A DNA stretch of 63,911 nucleotides, counting the filler, from Dugesia japonica (taxonomy: Eukaryota), in the NCBI GenBank assembly GCA_001938525.1. It is 6 parts of 6 records of this genome, joined end to end, with 100 filler letters (N's around TTAATTAATTAA, not from the genome) between each part and the next. Parts side by side here need not be neighbours in the genome. Positions count along the whole stretch, not along the records: positions 46,201 to 55,457 come from MQRL01635456.1; positions 55,558 to 63,911 come from MQRL01623541.1; 4 more parts are not named here. One strand, 5' to 3'. A program made the position numbers and the translations under genes. This document shows positions 52,124 through 63,911 of the stretch, piece after piece. The notes beneath the pieces were generated by a model. That model saw only the letters and a program-made list of their open reading frames with translations, was not told where the DNA came from and searched no databases. Positions within the stretch are counted from its first letter, which is position 1, and the number at the start of each line of letters is the position of its first letter.

Positions 52124-55100
52124 AACTTTACTGATTATAAGAGGGAAAATGATATTTATATTGTTTATTAATTGTATTGGATTAAATACTGTATGTGGGT
52201 GCAATCTTGAATGTAGAATGGCATGAATATACTTATGGTTTGTTTTGCAGGGATAACTTAATGAAATAATTAGTTTAGATTATATATGTAAATCTAGGTG
52301 TTTTATGTTTTGTAGTTTCCTCGGTTTCTCGATTCTTGTTTTTTTTGTAATGAAAGCGGGTGGTCAGATTTTAACAAAAAAATGTATGTGAGTTTATATA
52401 GTATGATTTTTGTAGTAGATCGTTGAATTTATTTTTTGCACTGCTAGTCGAATCTACGTAATATTCTATAAATGTTAAGTTTTTCCTGATATATATTAAT
52501 ATACATACTTGAATATATCTGCGATAATAAATTTCTTTTGGATTTATGTGTACGTTTTGTTTATAATATAATTTTCAATTGATGAAATCTGTCATCTATG
52601 TCTGTAAATAAAATTCAAATTAAAAATAGATTTAATGCAAGTTTCGGTTAAATAATATTTGAATAATTCCATCCTGGTTAATATATTGATGTTTAATACA
52701 TTAGGGTTGTATTGTGTGGGGCATAAATTATGAGTTACCTTAATTCATTATTTGTTGAGCTGGCTTGTTGAATTATATTTAGGAAATATTTTTTTCATTG
52801 AGATGGTTGTTTTGCGGGGTTTATCTCTAATTGCTTTTTAAAATTTATTTTCGAGACTTGAATATCTTGTAATTTTATATAATACATTATTTGTGCAACC
52901 AAATTTTTCCGAGTTTTATTTGTTGAATAGTTTAATATTAAGTATGGCAATTCAGTTTTGTGAAAAGTTTTGAGTTCGCACGTTGATTCCTTTCTTGTAA
53001 ACTTTGTTTTACGTAAAATAAACTGCCTTTGAATAAAAGTTTGACTAATTTTATTTTGAGTTTAGTATGGTTATTTTGTATAAAATTGATGAATTTTAGT
53101 TTGTCAAAGTATAATTTAGAAATTTAATTGTCTTAAATTCAAAAGTTTTCTCTTATTTTCAAATTGAATTCCGCTTTGAAGTTAAATGTAAACACTTCAA
53201 ATTGTAATTATAGTTGAAAATAAGAGATAATGTTGGAGGAAACTAAAACGGAGGCATTAGATGTCACAAGATAATCGAAGGTCAGAATTATTGATGTCCT
53301 CTTAACAATATGACGAATAAACAATCATGTGCCAAAATTGTTTGCACTTAAAACGTAAAAGTCAAATATCTGTGTGTGGCTAATATCATCTGACGAGTGT
53401 TAAAGCATTTTACACTGAAATAGAAGCAAAATAGGTTAAAATATGTAAATATTGATTTTAGAAAGAAATTAAACTTAATAACTGACAGTTAAAAGATTAA
53501 ATTTTTAGAAATATGCGCAATTTTGCGGTGATATGAAAATTTTAGAAAGTCAAATTAGTCATGAATGGAGTGTATAAATCAGATGTAAGCAAAATTTTTT
53601 ATGAGGTGGGGCAAATTTAATTCTACTTAATTCCCATGCCTCGTTTGTTATTGAATTTTCTTAATTTAAAGAGTGGTTCTGCTTTTGTTAAATATAAAGT
53701 TAAAATTTATCGCCATAATAATAAGAATAACCAAAAGTTCTTTAATGTAATATTTGTTGCTGGATAGAATTTAATTCCATTTTGATATGCGTGATGTTAA
53801 AACGCAAATTAAGAAAGTTGTCCAAAGATAATTATTTTACAAGAACACACTAATCAATAAAATTCCGAGACACCTTTAACAAAAATGTAACAATCCAATG
53901 ATTTATTTTTCTATTTAAAATTATTTTAACCAATTTATTGCTTGACAATTTGAATTTAATTATAATACATCACATACTATTTATGATTTTTGTTACCCAT
54001 AATATAATTGGGATCCAATCTAGATCGCTCGATTTAAATTTATGTCTAAGATAATACCCCTAGTGAAACCCCAAGAAGAATTTGATCTAGTATTCTCGTT
54101 CTAGATTTTTGGAATAGAGCCGGTGATTCGCAACCCGTAGTTCCAGTGGATACTCGTATTCCTGGGTTAGGGCTCTTATTTCTTCGAAAGTCACTTTAGT
54201 TCGTGAGATAATTCTAACCCTTACTTTAGGGGTTTCCTGTATTGATGATTGGTTATAATGACAGCTTCTTTAATTTTAATCATGCGATCATGTCCGGTTT
54301 TCATTACTCGAGACCTTATAACCCAGTCCATAGTTTACAACTTCGTGATCCCGGTGGTCAGGGTGAATATTAAGGTTTTATATTATTGCATTATTATTAT
54401 ATTGCAACAAGAATCATTACTTTATTGCAATTATCATCATTATTGGTATTTAGTTTTAAAAGAGTTTAATATGTGTAAAAAATAGAGAATTTCCTAGGTT
54501 TGTCGCGAAGGAAGTCAGGTAAATAAACAATGGAATCTTTAGTTTGTCAGAGAGACATATAATTCATTATTATTTTTATAATAATAATAATTATTATTTA
54601 TTAGCGCAAACATTAATACTCAGTCATACTGTATACATCCCTTATACGTTAACATTATCATCATCATTATCCTTACCCCTATCCTCATTAATTATGTTAA
54701 TTATTATCACTATTACTCATTATTATTATTAATTATCCATATGATTAGTAAGGCGTATAATATCACTTATTATTAATCATTATCATTATTAATTATCATC
54801 TTTATTAACTATTAATCCTTAAAGTCTAATTCGCGATCCATTGTTAACAAGAATCAGTAATTACAAATTAAAATAATCATTACTATTAATTAAGAGTTGA
54901 AATATCTGCAACTCAAATATCAGTTAACTACAGAAAAGTAAGCAACTGATTACATTACATTATTACATTGTATTATTACATTTTTAAGCAATGGTAAAAT
55001 TGTACAAATTAACTTACATGGATAGGAGCATTCAACCGAAACAAAGCACAGTGCGTTGTTTTATCGATTCCAATCCTCATCTGAGCTCACCAGCATATGT

Positions 55101-55457
55101 ATTCTACCAAGCGTAAAGCAACTAATTTCAGTACATCTCCAACCAAGCGTGAAAAACCGATTTCACAGTACACTCCAAGTAAGTATATAGAAGGTCTGAC
55201 AGATTAATTAGTTTTGTATTTCAACCTAACATATATGAAACATGAGGGAGTCATCATTTAGAGTACCAAATATATTAGTGCTTTAAATATTATAGAAAAT
55301 AAATTAAAAAGAATATCATGTGATGATAGAAGATATGAAATCATCTTTGTTAACTAAATAAAGTTCTCCCTAAGAATCAGAGATCCATGACAACTGTGAT
55401 TTCGGCCGGTTATTAATCAAAATAACAAGAACTACAGTTGTCATTACAAGATTACAG

Positions 55458-55557
55458 NNNNNNNNNNNNNNNNNNNNNNNNNNNNNNNNNNNNNNNNNNN
55501 NTTAATTAATTAANNNNNNNNNNNNNNNNNNNNNNNNNNNNNNNNNNNNNNNNNNNN
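55458..55557. other. Artificial contig linker
   Basis: N44-TTAATTAATTAA-N44. Confidence 0.97.
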
Positions 55558-55959
55558 TTTAAGATTTATTTAAAATTTTGTATATTTTGATTCTAAATTT
55601 TAATTGATTGAATAAAATTTCTTTGAAAATTAAATTAATTAATTAAGGTAAATATTAGGTTAATGATTAATTCATTAGAATTTCAATGAATGAAAGAATA
55701 AATTTATATTACAAGTTGATGAGTAATTGGCTAATAATGCACATTTGAAGGTTCATTGTCAAAGAAATTTTCTATATTAAGATGAAAATATTTGAATAAT
55801 TAACCGGTTATTAATTGTAAACTATATATTCAGTGTGAATTTTAGGGTTGACTTTAAGATATAAGTGATGAACAGATTAAACCATTAACTGAATAATCAA
55901 TAGGTAAATGATGATGATAGCGGGTATTGTGTATGTTAATACTTGATGAAATATTTCTC

Positions 55960-56165
55960 GACTAGTGTGCAATTTCATAAAATAATTTGTGACTACTGTG
56001 CAAATTCATAAAACAATTTATGACTACTGTGCAATTTCATAAAATAATATGTGACTACTGTGCAATTTCATAAAACACTTTATGACTACTGTGCAATTTC
56101 ATAAAATAATTTATGACTACTATGAAATTTCAGATAAATATCATCGATTACTGTGCAATTTTAGA
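55960..56165. repeat. 31-bp minisatellite (~6 copies)
   Basis: GACTACTGTGCAATTTCATAAAATAATTTAT units. Confidence 0.9.
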
Positions 56166-57019
56166 ATAAATCTCACGAGTTTTGGTTAATCTGATCCTGC
56201 CCACTCTTATCCTTACTTGTCATTTTTCTAACTTAAAGCAAAGAAACATATTAAAGAATAAAGTAAAACCTAGTTTGGATAAAAATAATTGGATAAGTAT
56301 TACTTGCTTGTCCCTGTGTTGGTCTAAGGTTAAAAATATAAATAAATTCTAATGTAGTATATTGAATATATCTAATGTAATGGTCTTATATTCAATGATA
56401 AAACCAATATTTTCATGATAAACCCCATCTTTTCAATAGTGAGACCATAACTTTATCTATTGATATTAATATTATCAATCTTGAGATCAACATTTCTGAT
56501 AGTAAGATCTATATTTTCTCTTATTTTCTAAAACAATTTATCTGAATATTTGCTATCAAAAGGAAAAAGTAATCCCATATAACCAAAGAGCAAGTAGGGT
56601 TTCCAAGGAACAAGCAAAGAAGCAGAAGGATAATAAGATGATTAAAATATACTGAAATAGTTATATTATTATAAATAAAAAGCATATCATACTAGGTCTC
56701 ACTCAGTCTTATTATCTTTTTTTATTAATATATGACACTTTTTAAAGATTATTGAAGTAAGGCCTTTGAAAATATGAAGTGGAAATATCCATTAAGACAC
56801 AATAGAAAATAGAGAAATATAGCTAAATAGTGGTAAATGACGGGAAATTGTGGGAAATAAGGGGAAATGTAGCTAAATGTGGCTACATAGTGGTAAATGT
56901 TGGTAAATGACTAAAATTATGGCAAAATATGGTAAAAGTGACACATTGTGTAAAAATTAAACATATTAAATGACTATGTATATAATAAATGCAGTATAAT
57001 TATTGACTAGATTTACTCT

Positions 57020-58952
57020 ATTAAATATTTCCTAGCTAATATATTTTTTATGAAAGGTTGTCACTACTAATATGTTTTTTTATTTAAAAATTAACTCGCA
57101 ATTTTTATAAGAAAATTACCTCATTACTATGTTTACTTATGAAAAAGTATTAGTAGTAATATGTTTTATGAAAAAAAGTCACAATTAATGTTTTTTATAG
57201 AAAAAATGTCACAGGTCATATGTTTTTTATTGAAAATTTCCTAGCTAATGTTTTTTTATGAAAAAGTTCTATGTTTTTATCATTTTGTAAAGAAAAGTTG
57301 TAATTTCAATATTTTATCATGTAAATACCACACAGACTCCCCTCTTTGAAGTTTTTTTGATAGACATATTTATCATGTTAATTAAATTTAAATTTCAGGC
57401 TGTCCAATTTCTTGCAATAATATCAAGATTGCTCAATGTCTTGCAATAATATTAAAATATCAAGACTGTCTAATATTATACATAAATATCAAGACTTCAA
57501 AAAAATTCCACACTAGCCAATCTCTTGCAAAAATATCAAGACTGTCTCATTTGATACAAAATATAAATAGTACCCCAGTTATTTTTAATAATGAATGCAA
57601 TACAGCAACACGTGCCTGGGAATTTATATTAATTTTTTTAATGAATTAAGTTGGTAGGCAACTCAGATGCAACCCAACTGCAACACATATACACTGACAA
57701 TCACGTTCCTGGGAATTTTTATTGATTTTTAAAAATTTTTTTTAATATATGAAACTCAATTGCCACACGAATACAACACGAATGCAACACATATACACTG
57801 AAATCACGTGCCTGGGAATTTTAAACTGCCCTAATCTCTTACAAAAATATCAAGACTGCCCCATCCCATGCAAAATATAGAGACACCCCATCTAATGTTA
57901 AACATAGACTACCCCATGCTAAATATAGAAACACCCCATGCTAAATATAGAAACCCTTCGTGCTAAATATAGAAACTTTCCCATACCATGCAAAATATAA
58001 AGTCTGTGCAAACAAATTTCCCCCCACCGAAAAAAATTTTTAAATTTCCCGCCAAAAAATATTTCTCTCAAAAAATCTTAAAGCTACCCTCTTCCTCTTC
58101 AAAAAAATATAAAAAACACTCCTTCCCATTCAAAAATACAAAAAATACTCAAAAATACATCATTTTTACAAAAATACCATTTTTTCAACTATTTCCTCAT
58201 TTTTAGCAAAATACTGCAGTTTTACACAAAATTAAGTTTTCAAAAAATTATTATGCCCCATCCACCCAGCAGAAAAATTTCACATAAATCTTAACGAATC
58301 CGTTAATTAATTTTCTTTCAACCCATCACAATTTCCCCCTCCCGAAAATGTTTTTTAACACACTTATACCACTTTCAAACAAAAACCAATCAAATTCAAC
58401 CACAACCAAACAGAAATTAAAGCACAATCAACATCCTACATCCTTCTTTTCACATTACCTTTCCAAAAACCCATCAAGCACTAAAATCCAACCACCCCCT
58501 ACAAAACTACTCCCTCCCAAAAAACACCCCACGATAACTCATACGCCTGTGCCGTTGTAGACCAAGCCATCTATCCCACCCCATAAGTCCTTTAGACAAC
58601 GTATAAACAGAATTTTTGTCCAACCACAACCAAATCTTAAACACCACCAAAAAATTCTATCCAAGATTTCCAGCACTTCCTCGAGTCCAAATTCACTCTT
58701 TCACACAAACACACACACAAACTCAACTTGACCCAATTTAAATTAACCCCCTTATCAACCCAAACACACATAAATTTTAATGTTAAAAATACACACACAC
58801 ACTTTCAGGATCAAAAATACTTATCCGATCAAAGAAAATTGATTTGATCAAAACTTTTTTATCCTAAAGATCATAGCACAAATTCTTAGCACCAACGGAG
58901 CCCCCTGGGGGAGTGGATCTAAATTGTGCCGTGGCGCCACTATCCCTCTACT
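57020..58952 (+). mobile_element. Right end (TIR and subterminal repeats) of a Maverick-like element
   Basis: The same repeat arrays as 3300-5300, then a C/A-rich tract ending GGCGCCACTATCCCTCTACT (reverse complement AGTAGAGGGATAGTGGCGCC). Confidence 0.65.
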
Positions 58953-58979
58953 GATTGGACGAAAATCGGTGCAAGAGAT

Positions 58980-59340
58980 TAAAATTAGGTGATGTAATTA
59001 TTTTCGATGAGATATGCCAGAAAGCAAACAAGGAAAAGGATTTTGACAATTGATTTACAAAGATATCAATACACTGTAATGTGATAATGACGATCATTAC
59101 AAAAAAATATCTTTCACTATGGTGGTGATTATAGAACTTAAATTTTTAATATTTGGTTATATTGATAAATTTAAGAGATCAAACTGTTGTTGATTTTTTA
59201 GCATGATAAGCATATATAAATAATTGACAATTTCTATTGGATTCATTTTAAGAAGCAACAATATATTTTAATGAATATATATTTCCAAGATTTTACACAA
59301 CAATGTTAAGATTAACGTCGAGTTCAAATTGATAGTTTCA
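58980..59340 (+). pseudogene. Maverick packaging ATPase, second decayed copy (5'-truncated)
   Basis: GDVIIFDEICQ...FTKISIHCNV..IIT/NIFHYGG...YLVILINLRDQTVVDFLA**AY.NN*QFLLDSF*EAT, homologous to 6290-6850. Confidence 0.8.
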
Positions 59341-59444
59341 ATCCAAAAGGTGTCATAGTAAATATAATTTAATAAATATAATAAATAACAATAATAACAA
59401 TAATAACAATAATAAATAACAATAAATATAATTTAATATTTGAC

Positions 59445-59990
59445 TAATGACAATATTTGCTAAAATTTTATTTGATCCCAAAAGGATTAATCAAGCCAAC
59501 AAGTATTATAACTATATCAATTGATACAGTATTTCAAATGATGTCGATTTAATAATGAAATTGATAAAGGGAACGATAAAGAAATCAATAAATAAAAAAT
59601 CAGAGATTATAAACAAGAAGCAATCTAAAGTTGACACTACTAGGCAATCATCAGATGTAAATAAAAAGTCAGCAAGATTGAGAAAAAGATTCAATCATAT
59701 GGAAAATAAATTAAGCTATAAATAGTATGCACGTTTGAGAGACCTCTAGTCTCATAAAGAAATGAGGATGGAAATTTTCAATTCATTTCCAACGTTTGTT
59801 TTAGATGATTTACTAGAAAATATTGTAAATATTGTTCGCAGTAATGTTACTTTAAGTAAATATAGAAAACAAGTAATATAGAATCAAAAAAGTATGCTTT
59901 CACTTGTAAATAGTGAGAACAAAGAATTTGTGAGAAAAAATAATATATAAACAAAATGGTAGATTTATTTGAAATAAATTTTAAAAGATT
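59445..59990 (+). pseudogene. Small basic Maverick accessory ORF remnants downstream of the ATPase
   Basis: FVLDDLLENIVNIVRSNVTLSKYRKQVI resembles the NILKGNVPL-type small Maverick ORF, and it lies next to the ATPase. Confidence 0.45.
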
Positions 59991-60399
59991 GAACAAACGT
60001 GAACTTTCTTAAGACGTTGACCTGGAGCCCAACATAGTTAAGGTCTGAGTCATTTCTAACACACCACGATCCAAGAGATTTTCTCAAGGTAAGCAGTCCA
60101 ACCTGGTAGGCTTTTCATGATGTCTTCCTTGAGTATTGTTTATTTCCTGACGTTGTAGTTCGTAGCCAGTTTAATTTTGCTAGGGGTGTTATAATGAATT
60201 TTTACACCCAGTAATAATAAAGTGTATATAATGGTATACTCTATTGACCTCACAAGTGGGGGGTCTGGAGCAGTAAGTTCACATCATACTATTCGGACTT
60301 TCTGAATTTGGTAAATAAGATTGCTTGCTGATGGTTTAAATCAGCGCTGTCAAACTTCTTTCGATGTGTGGGCCAATTTCTTTTTCAACAAGGCTTAAT

Positions 60400-61490
60400 A
60401 GTAGGTAGATAGTGGCGCAAATACCCTCTTGATTTTATCCCTAAAAAGTCCCCCCGTCGACGATAGAAAAATTTGGAATAAATTTTTAAAAAGGGGATAA
60501 ATTTTTTAAAATAAATTAAAAAAGGGGAGAAATTAAATAAATTTATTAAATAATTAAATTAATTAATTTAAATAAATTAAAATTAGGGATAAATTTAAAA
60601 AATCAATTTAAGTCGGATTAATTTAATTAATTAATTAAATAATTTAAGTAATTAAATAAATTAAAAGAGAGGACAAATATTTTTTAAAAATAAATTAAAA
60701 AGGTTTTTAAAAATTAAAAGTGGTGTTTAAATTTTTCCTGTGTGTTTAGTTAGGAATTTATTCGGTGAGGTGGAATGAGGTCAATTTTTGATTTGTTCAG
60801 GTGAATTTGGTCGGAAATTTTCTCGGTGAGATCAAATGTGGTCGATTTTTGACTGGTTCGGGTGAAATTGGTCAAATTTTTCCTCGGCTTTGGTCAGTTT
60901 GGGTAACTTTGTGGGTGAAGTGGTCTAATTTTTCCTGAAGATTGTCAGTTTTGGATGATTTGATCAAATATTTCCTCTGCATTCATAGTTTTTGGGTAAT
61001 TTGGTCTAATATTTCCTCCAGATCGATCATTTTGGTTAATTTTTGTGTGGTTTAGGTGAAACTGGTTAAAAAATGTCTTGGTGAGGTTTAATCTGGTCAA
61101 ACTTGGTTTGTTTTAGGGTTATTTGGTCAAATATATCCTCGGGAATGATTAATTTGAGTAAATTTTGGGTGGTTTGGTTAATTATTTCCTCGGGAACGGA
61201 CAGTTTAAGTAATTTTTGGGTGACTTGGTCAAATTTTTCGTCGTGATTGGTAATTTTTTGGGTGGTTTAGGTGAAATTGGTTGAAAATTTNNNNNNNNNN
61301 NNNNNNNNNNNNNNNNNNNNNNNNNNNNAGATGAATTCAATCAAATTTTTCCTCGGGAATTGTTAATTATTTGCTCACAAGGGTAATTTTTAGGTGAATT
61401 CGGTCAATTATTTTCTCGAGTTTTGACAATTTGGTCATAGTTTTAGGTGAATTTGAGTGATCATTTCCTCGGGTTTTATCAGCTTGGGTT
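60400..61490 (+). mobile_element. Left end of another Maverick-like element with G/T-rich subterminal repeats
   Basis: Starts AGTAGGTAGATAGTGGCGCAAATAC, followed by degenerate GGTGAAATTGGTCAAATTTTTCCTCGG repeats (60720-61490). Confidence 0.6.
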
Positions 61491-63911
61491 GAATTTTAAG
61501 CAAATTCATGATAAAAGTCGAATTTGTTTAAATTTTAAAGTTTTTAAAAAATTTTTATCGGAGTTTTTTATAGAAATCCTGGCAAACCGTTTATGTTGTT
61601 TAAATATGAAAATTTAAAATTTTTTAAATGAAATTTTTATGGGAGTCTGGGGGAACAGTCTAAATTTCAAAAGAATATGTTCTATATCTAAGATTTCAAG
61701 GATTTTTATAGCAAATTTTTGAGAATTTTACGGCCAACATTTCTCACAAATAAAAGTTTTTTTGAATTAATTTTTCTTCTCAAATAAGTTAAGAAAGTAA
61801 ATATTAGTTAAAGAATTTTTCGCTGATTCCAAATCTGTTAACCTAAATCGCCAAAGTCAATACTCGATGAAATAAATAGGGTTTTGTGGTGAAAAATCTC
61901 AAATTTTGACTTTTTGTACTCAATTTTCTCTGCTTACATAATTCGTATGATTTCAAATTTGGTATTATTTTACTCAGGAGAAAAAAGTGACTGTAAAAAG
62001 TTAAAATATCGTCTCGGGAAAAAGGCTTCCTAACGAAAATGTGCAGCCGTCCTCTTGGATTTGTTAACATATTTTGAATATATCAAAGGTAACTCAAAAT
62101 TCGCCAAAAAGGTACCCTTTTGATAGAGAATTTTATGTTGAGTAAGAAAAACATGGTTAAAAATAACTAATATTTATAATTGATTAAATAAATTGAAAAA
62201 GCTAGTACTTAATATTAGTTGATCCCTGAGAAAATTTGTAAATATGAAATTTAAATTGATAACATTAAATTTGAAATTAATTAATTATTTTTATTAAACT
62301 TATCATCAAAAGTTTAATTCATCATTAATAAATAGTCATTAAGTTAATCGTCAAGGAAACAATAAAATCATAATTAAAGTCATATAAATTCAAATTTCAC
62401 CAGTTAAATTATGTGAAAAGTATACATTTTTAGTAATAATTAAAATAAACGATGAACATTTAATAAAATCATCAAATGCCACCTGATTTCATTACACTTT
62501 TCATGTAATTCTTAAACTCAGGAGCATAATTCTTGTTTTTTTATTGGTCAAGTTGGATGGTTGGTGAAAATCTAATGAAATCCAAGAAAAGTTATGGAAC
62601 TTAGTATAATTATTCAACTTTTCTTTAAATATATTAAAATTCTAAGTAACTTAAAGAAAATTTACACATATTTTAAAACTTTATTTTGTATTTGTAATTT
62701 GTAAACCAAGTCAAATTTATTTTTGAAATTTGAAAAGTTAACATTTATTGCAAACAATCAATTTAAACAAGATTTTTTTAAAAATGTTAATATAATTAAC
62801 TATTAAGTTTAAAGTTTTAATTAAAATACATACATCATTCATATTATTTGACCATTAATTCAAATTAAAATCATAANNNNNNNNNNNNNNNNNNNNNNNN
62901 NNNNNNNNNNNNNNNNNNNNNNNNNNNNNNNNNNNNNNNNNNNNNNNTTTCATAATTCAATTATTTTCAATCTTCATCATAATATTTGGGTGAATATTTC
63001 ATTTTTCTAAACATTTAAATTTAAAGTTTATACAAAAATTAAAGAAGTCACTTATTGTTTCTGAATTTTAAAATTGTGACAAAATAAAACGTGTTCATAT
63101 ACACACATATACACACATGTTTTTAAATTAATTTGATGTGATTAAACAAACATAAAATTCATTAATATTAGTATAATAATTGTCAAAAATTATTCTTAAT
63201 GAAATAAATCAAAAGCAAATACTTCCTATAGGTTGCTTTTTAGTAATATTAATTAATTTATTATTTCGAAAAGTATTAATTTTAACATTAGATGCTCACA
63301 TTCAAAATTAATATCGAACCAGGTCTACTTTTTGACTGGATTTGACTCATTTATGTGATCATTTACTCTTGATTGGTATTTTCTCACAATTCACTAGTCC
63401 TCAGTTATCAAAGCTCTGTTTGCTAGTCTTCAGACATCAATGTTCAGTCTGTGTACCGATCTTCAGTAATCTTAGCTCTGCTCACTGTTCACTGTCATTT
63501 AGTCATCAGAGCTTTAATCGCTATGGACTGATCTTAAGTTATCAATGGTTTTCTCGCTCTTCACAGGTTTTCACTCTTTACTAATTTTTTAACTATTTGC
63601 TAGTCTCGCTTTTCATTGGTGATAAATATACTGTTTGCTTAATTTTAAAACTTCATAAATATTTCATTAATTATTTTACTTTGATTGAATAAAAGTCTAT
63701 TTCAGGATTTAATTAATTAATTTGAAACGTTATTAATAGGTTTATAAATAATTTGTTAGAATTATAATGATTGAATAAATTTAAATATTACAATCAGATA
63801 TTTAATGGGTAAATTAATTGATAAGAGGGTCTGTTTGCAAAGGAGTTATATATATTAAGTTCAAAATATGTGAACAATTAACCAGTTATTGGTTGTAAGG
63901 TATATATTCAG

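Noticed and set aside
55960-56165. Regular ~31-bp repeats resembling a CRISPR array (also 3300-3760)
   Set aside because: Head-to-tail units with no unique spacers, no cas genes and a eukaryotic context.
57988-58560. K/P/T-rich ORFs
   Set aside because: Products of C/A-skewed subterminal sequence.
60000-60395. Possible non-LTR RT fragment on the minus strand
   Set aside because: Only a weak LLGV resemblance; insufficient to call.
63380-63570. CTGATGA-containing hammerhead-like motif on the minus strand
   Set aside because: Followed by GAAC rather than GAAA and lacking proper stems; part of a degenerate tandem repeat.

Overview
Very AT-rich eukaryotic draft-assembly DNA. The composition, ~45-50 nt introns and repeat content suggest a planarian such as Schmidtea or Dugesia; this is inference only. 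At least six contigs are joined by artificial N44-TTAATTAATTAA-N44 linkers, so long-range adjacency is not trustworthy. Two clear host genes are present: an apparently intronless CYP2-clan cytochrome P450 (26597-28101) and a four-exon 14-3-3 gene (50414-52123). There is also a candidate spliced 3' gene fragment (10342-11048, minus) and a 197-aa orphan ORF. The rest is mostly decayed mobile DNA: several Maverick/Polinton fragments (protein-primed PolB pieces, two packaging ATPases, AGTAG termini and subterminal repeats), Tc1, pogo/Tigger, mariner, hAT, Merlin, Ty3/Gypsy and Penelope-like remnants with minimal hammerhead ribozymes. The most unusual item is a ~4.4 kb cassette (29961-34360) bounded by long inverted repeats. 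It begins with the same AGTAG...GGCGCAAATAC terminus as the local Maverick ends but has no recognisable Maverick core gene. Instead it carries a TATA-binding-protein-like gene, at least one apparently spliced orphan gene, and clustered RFX X-box motifs in its arms. All protein family calls come from reading motifs by eye; no searches were run.
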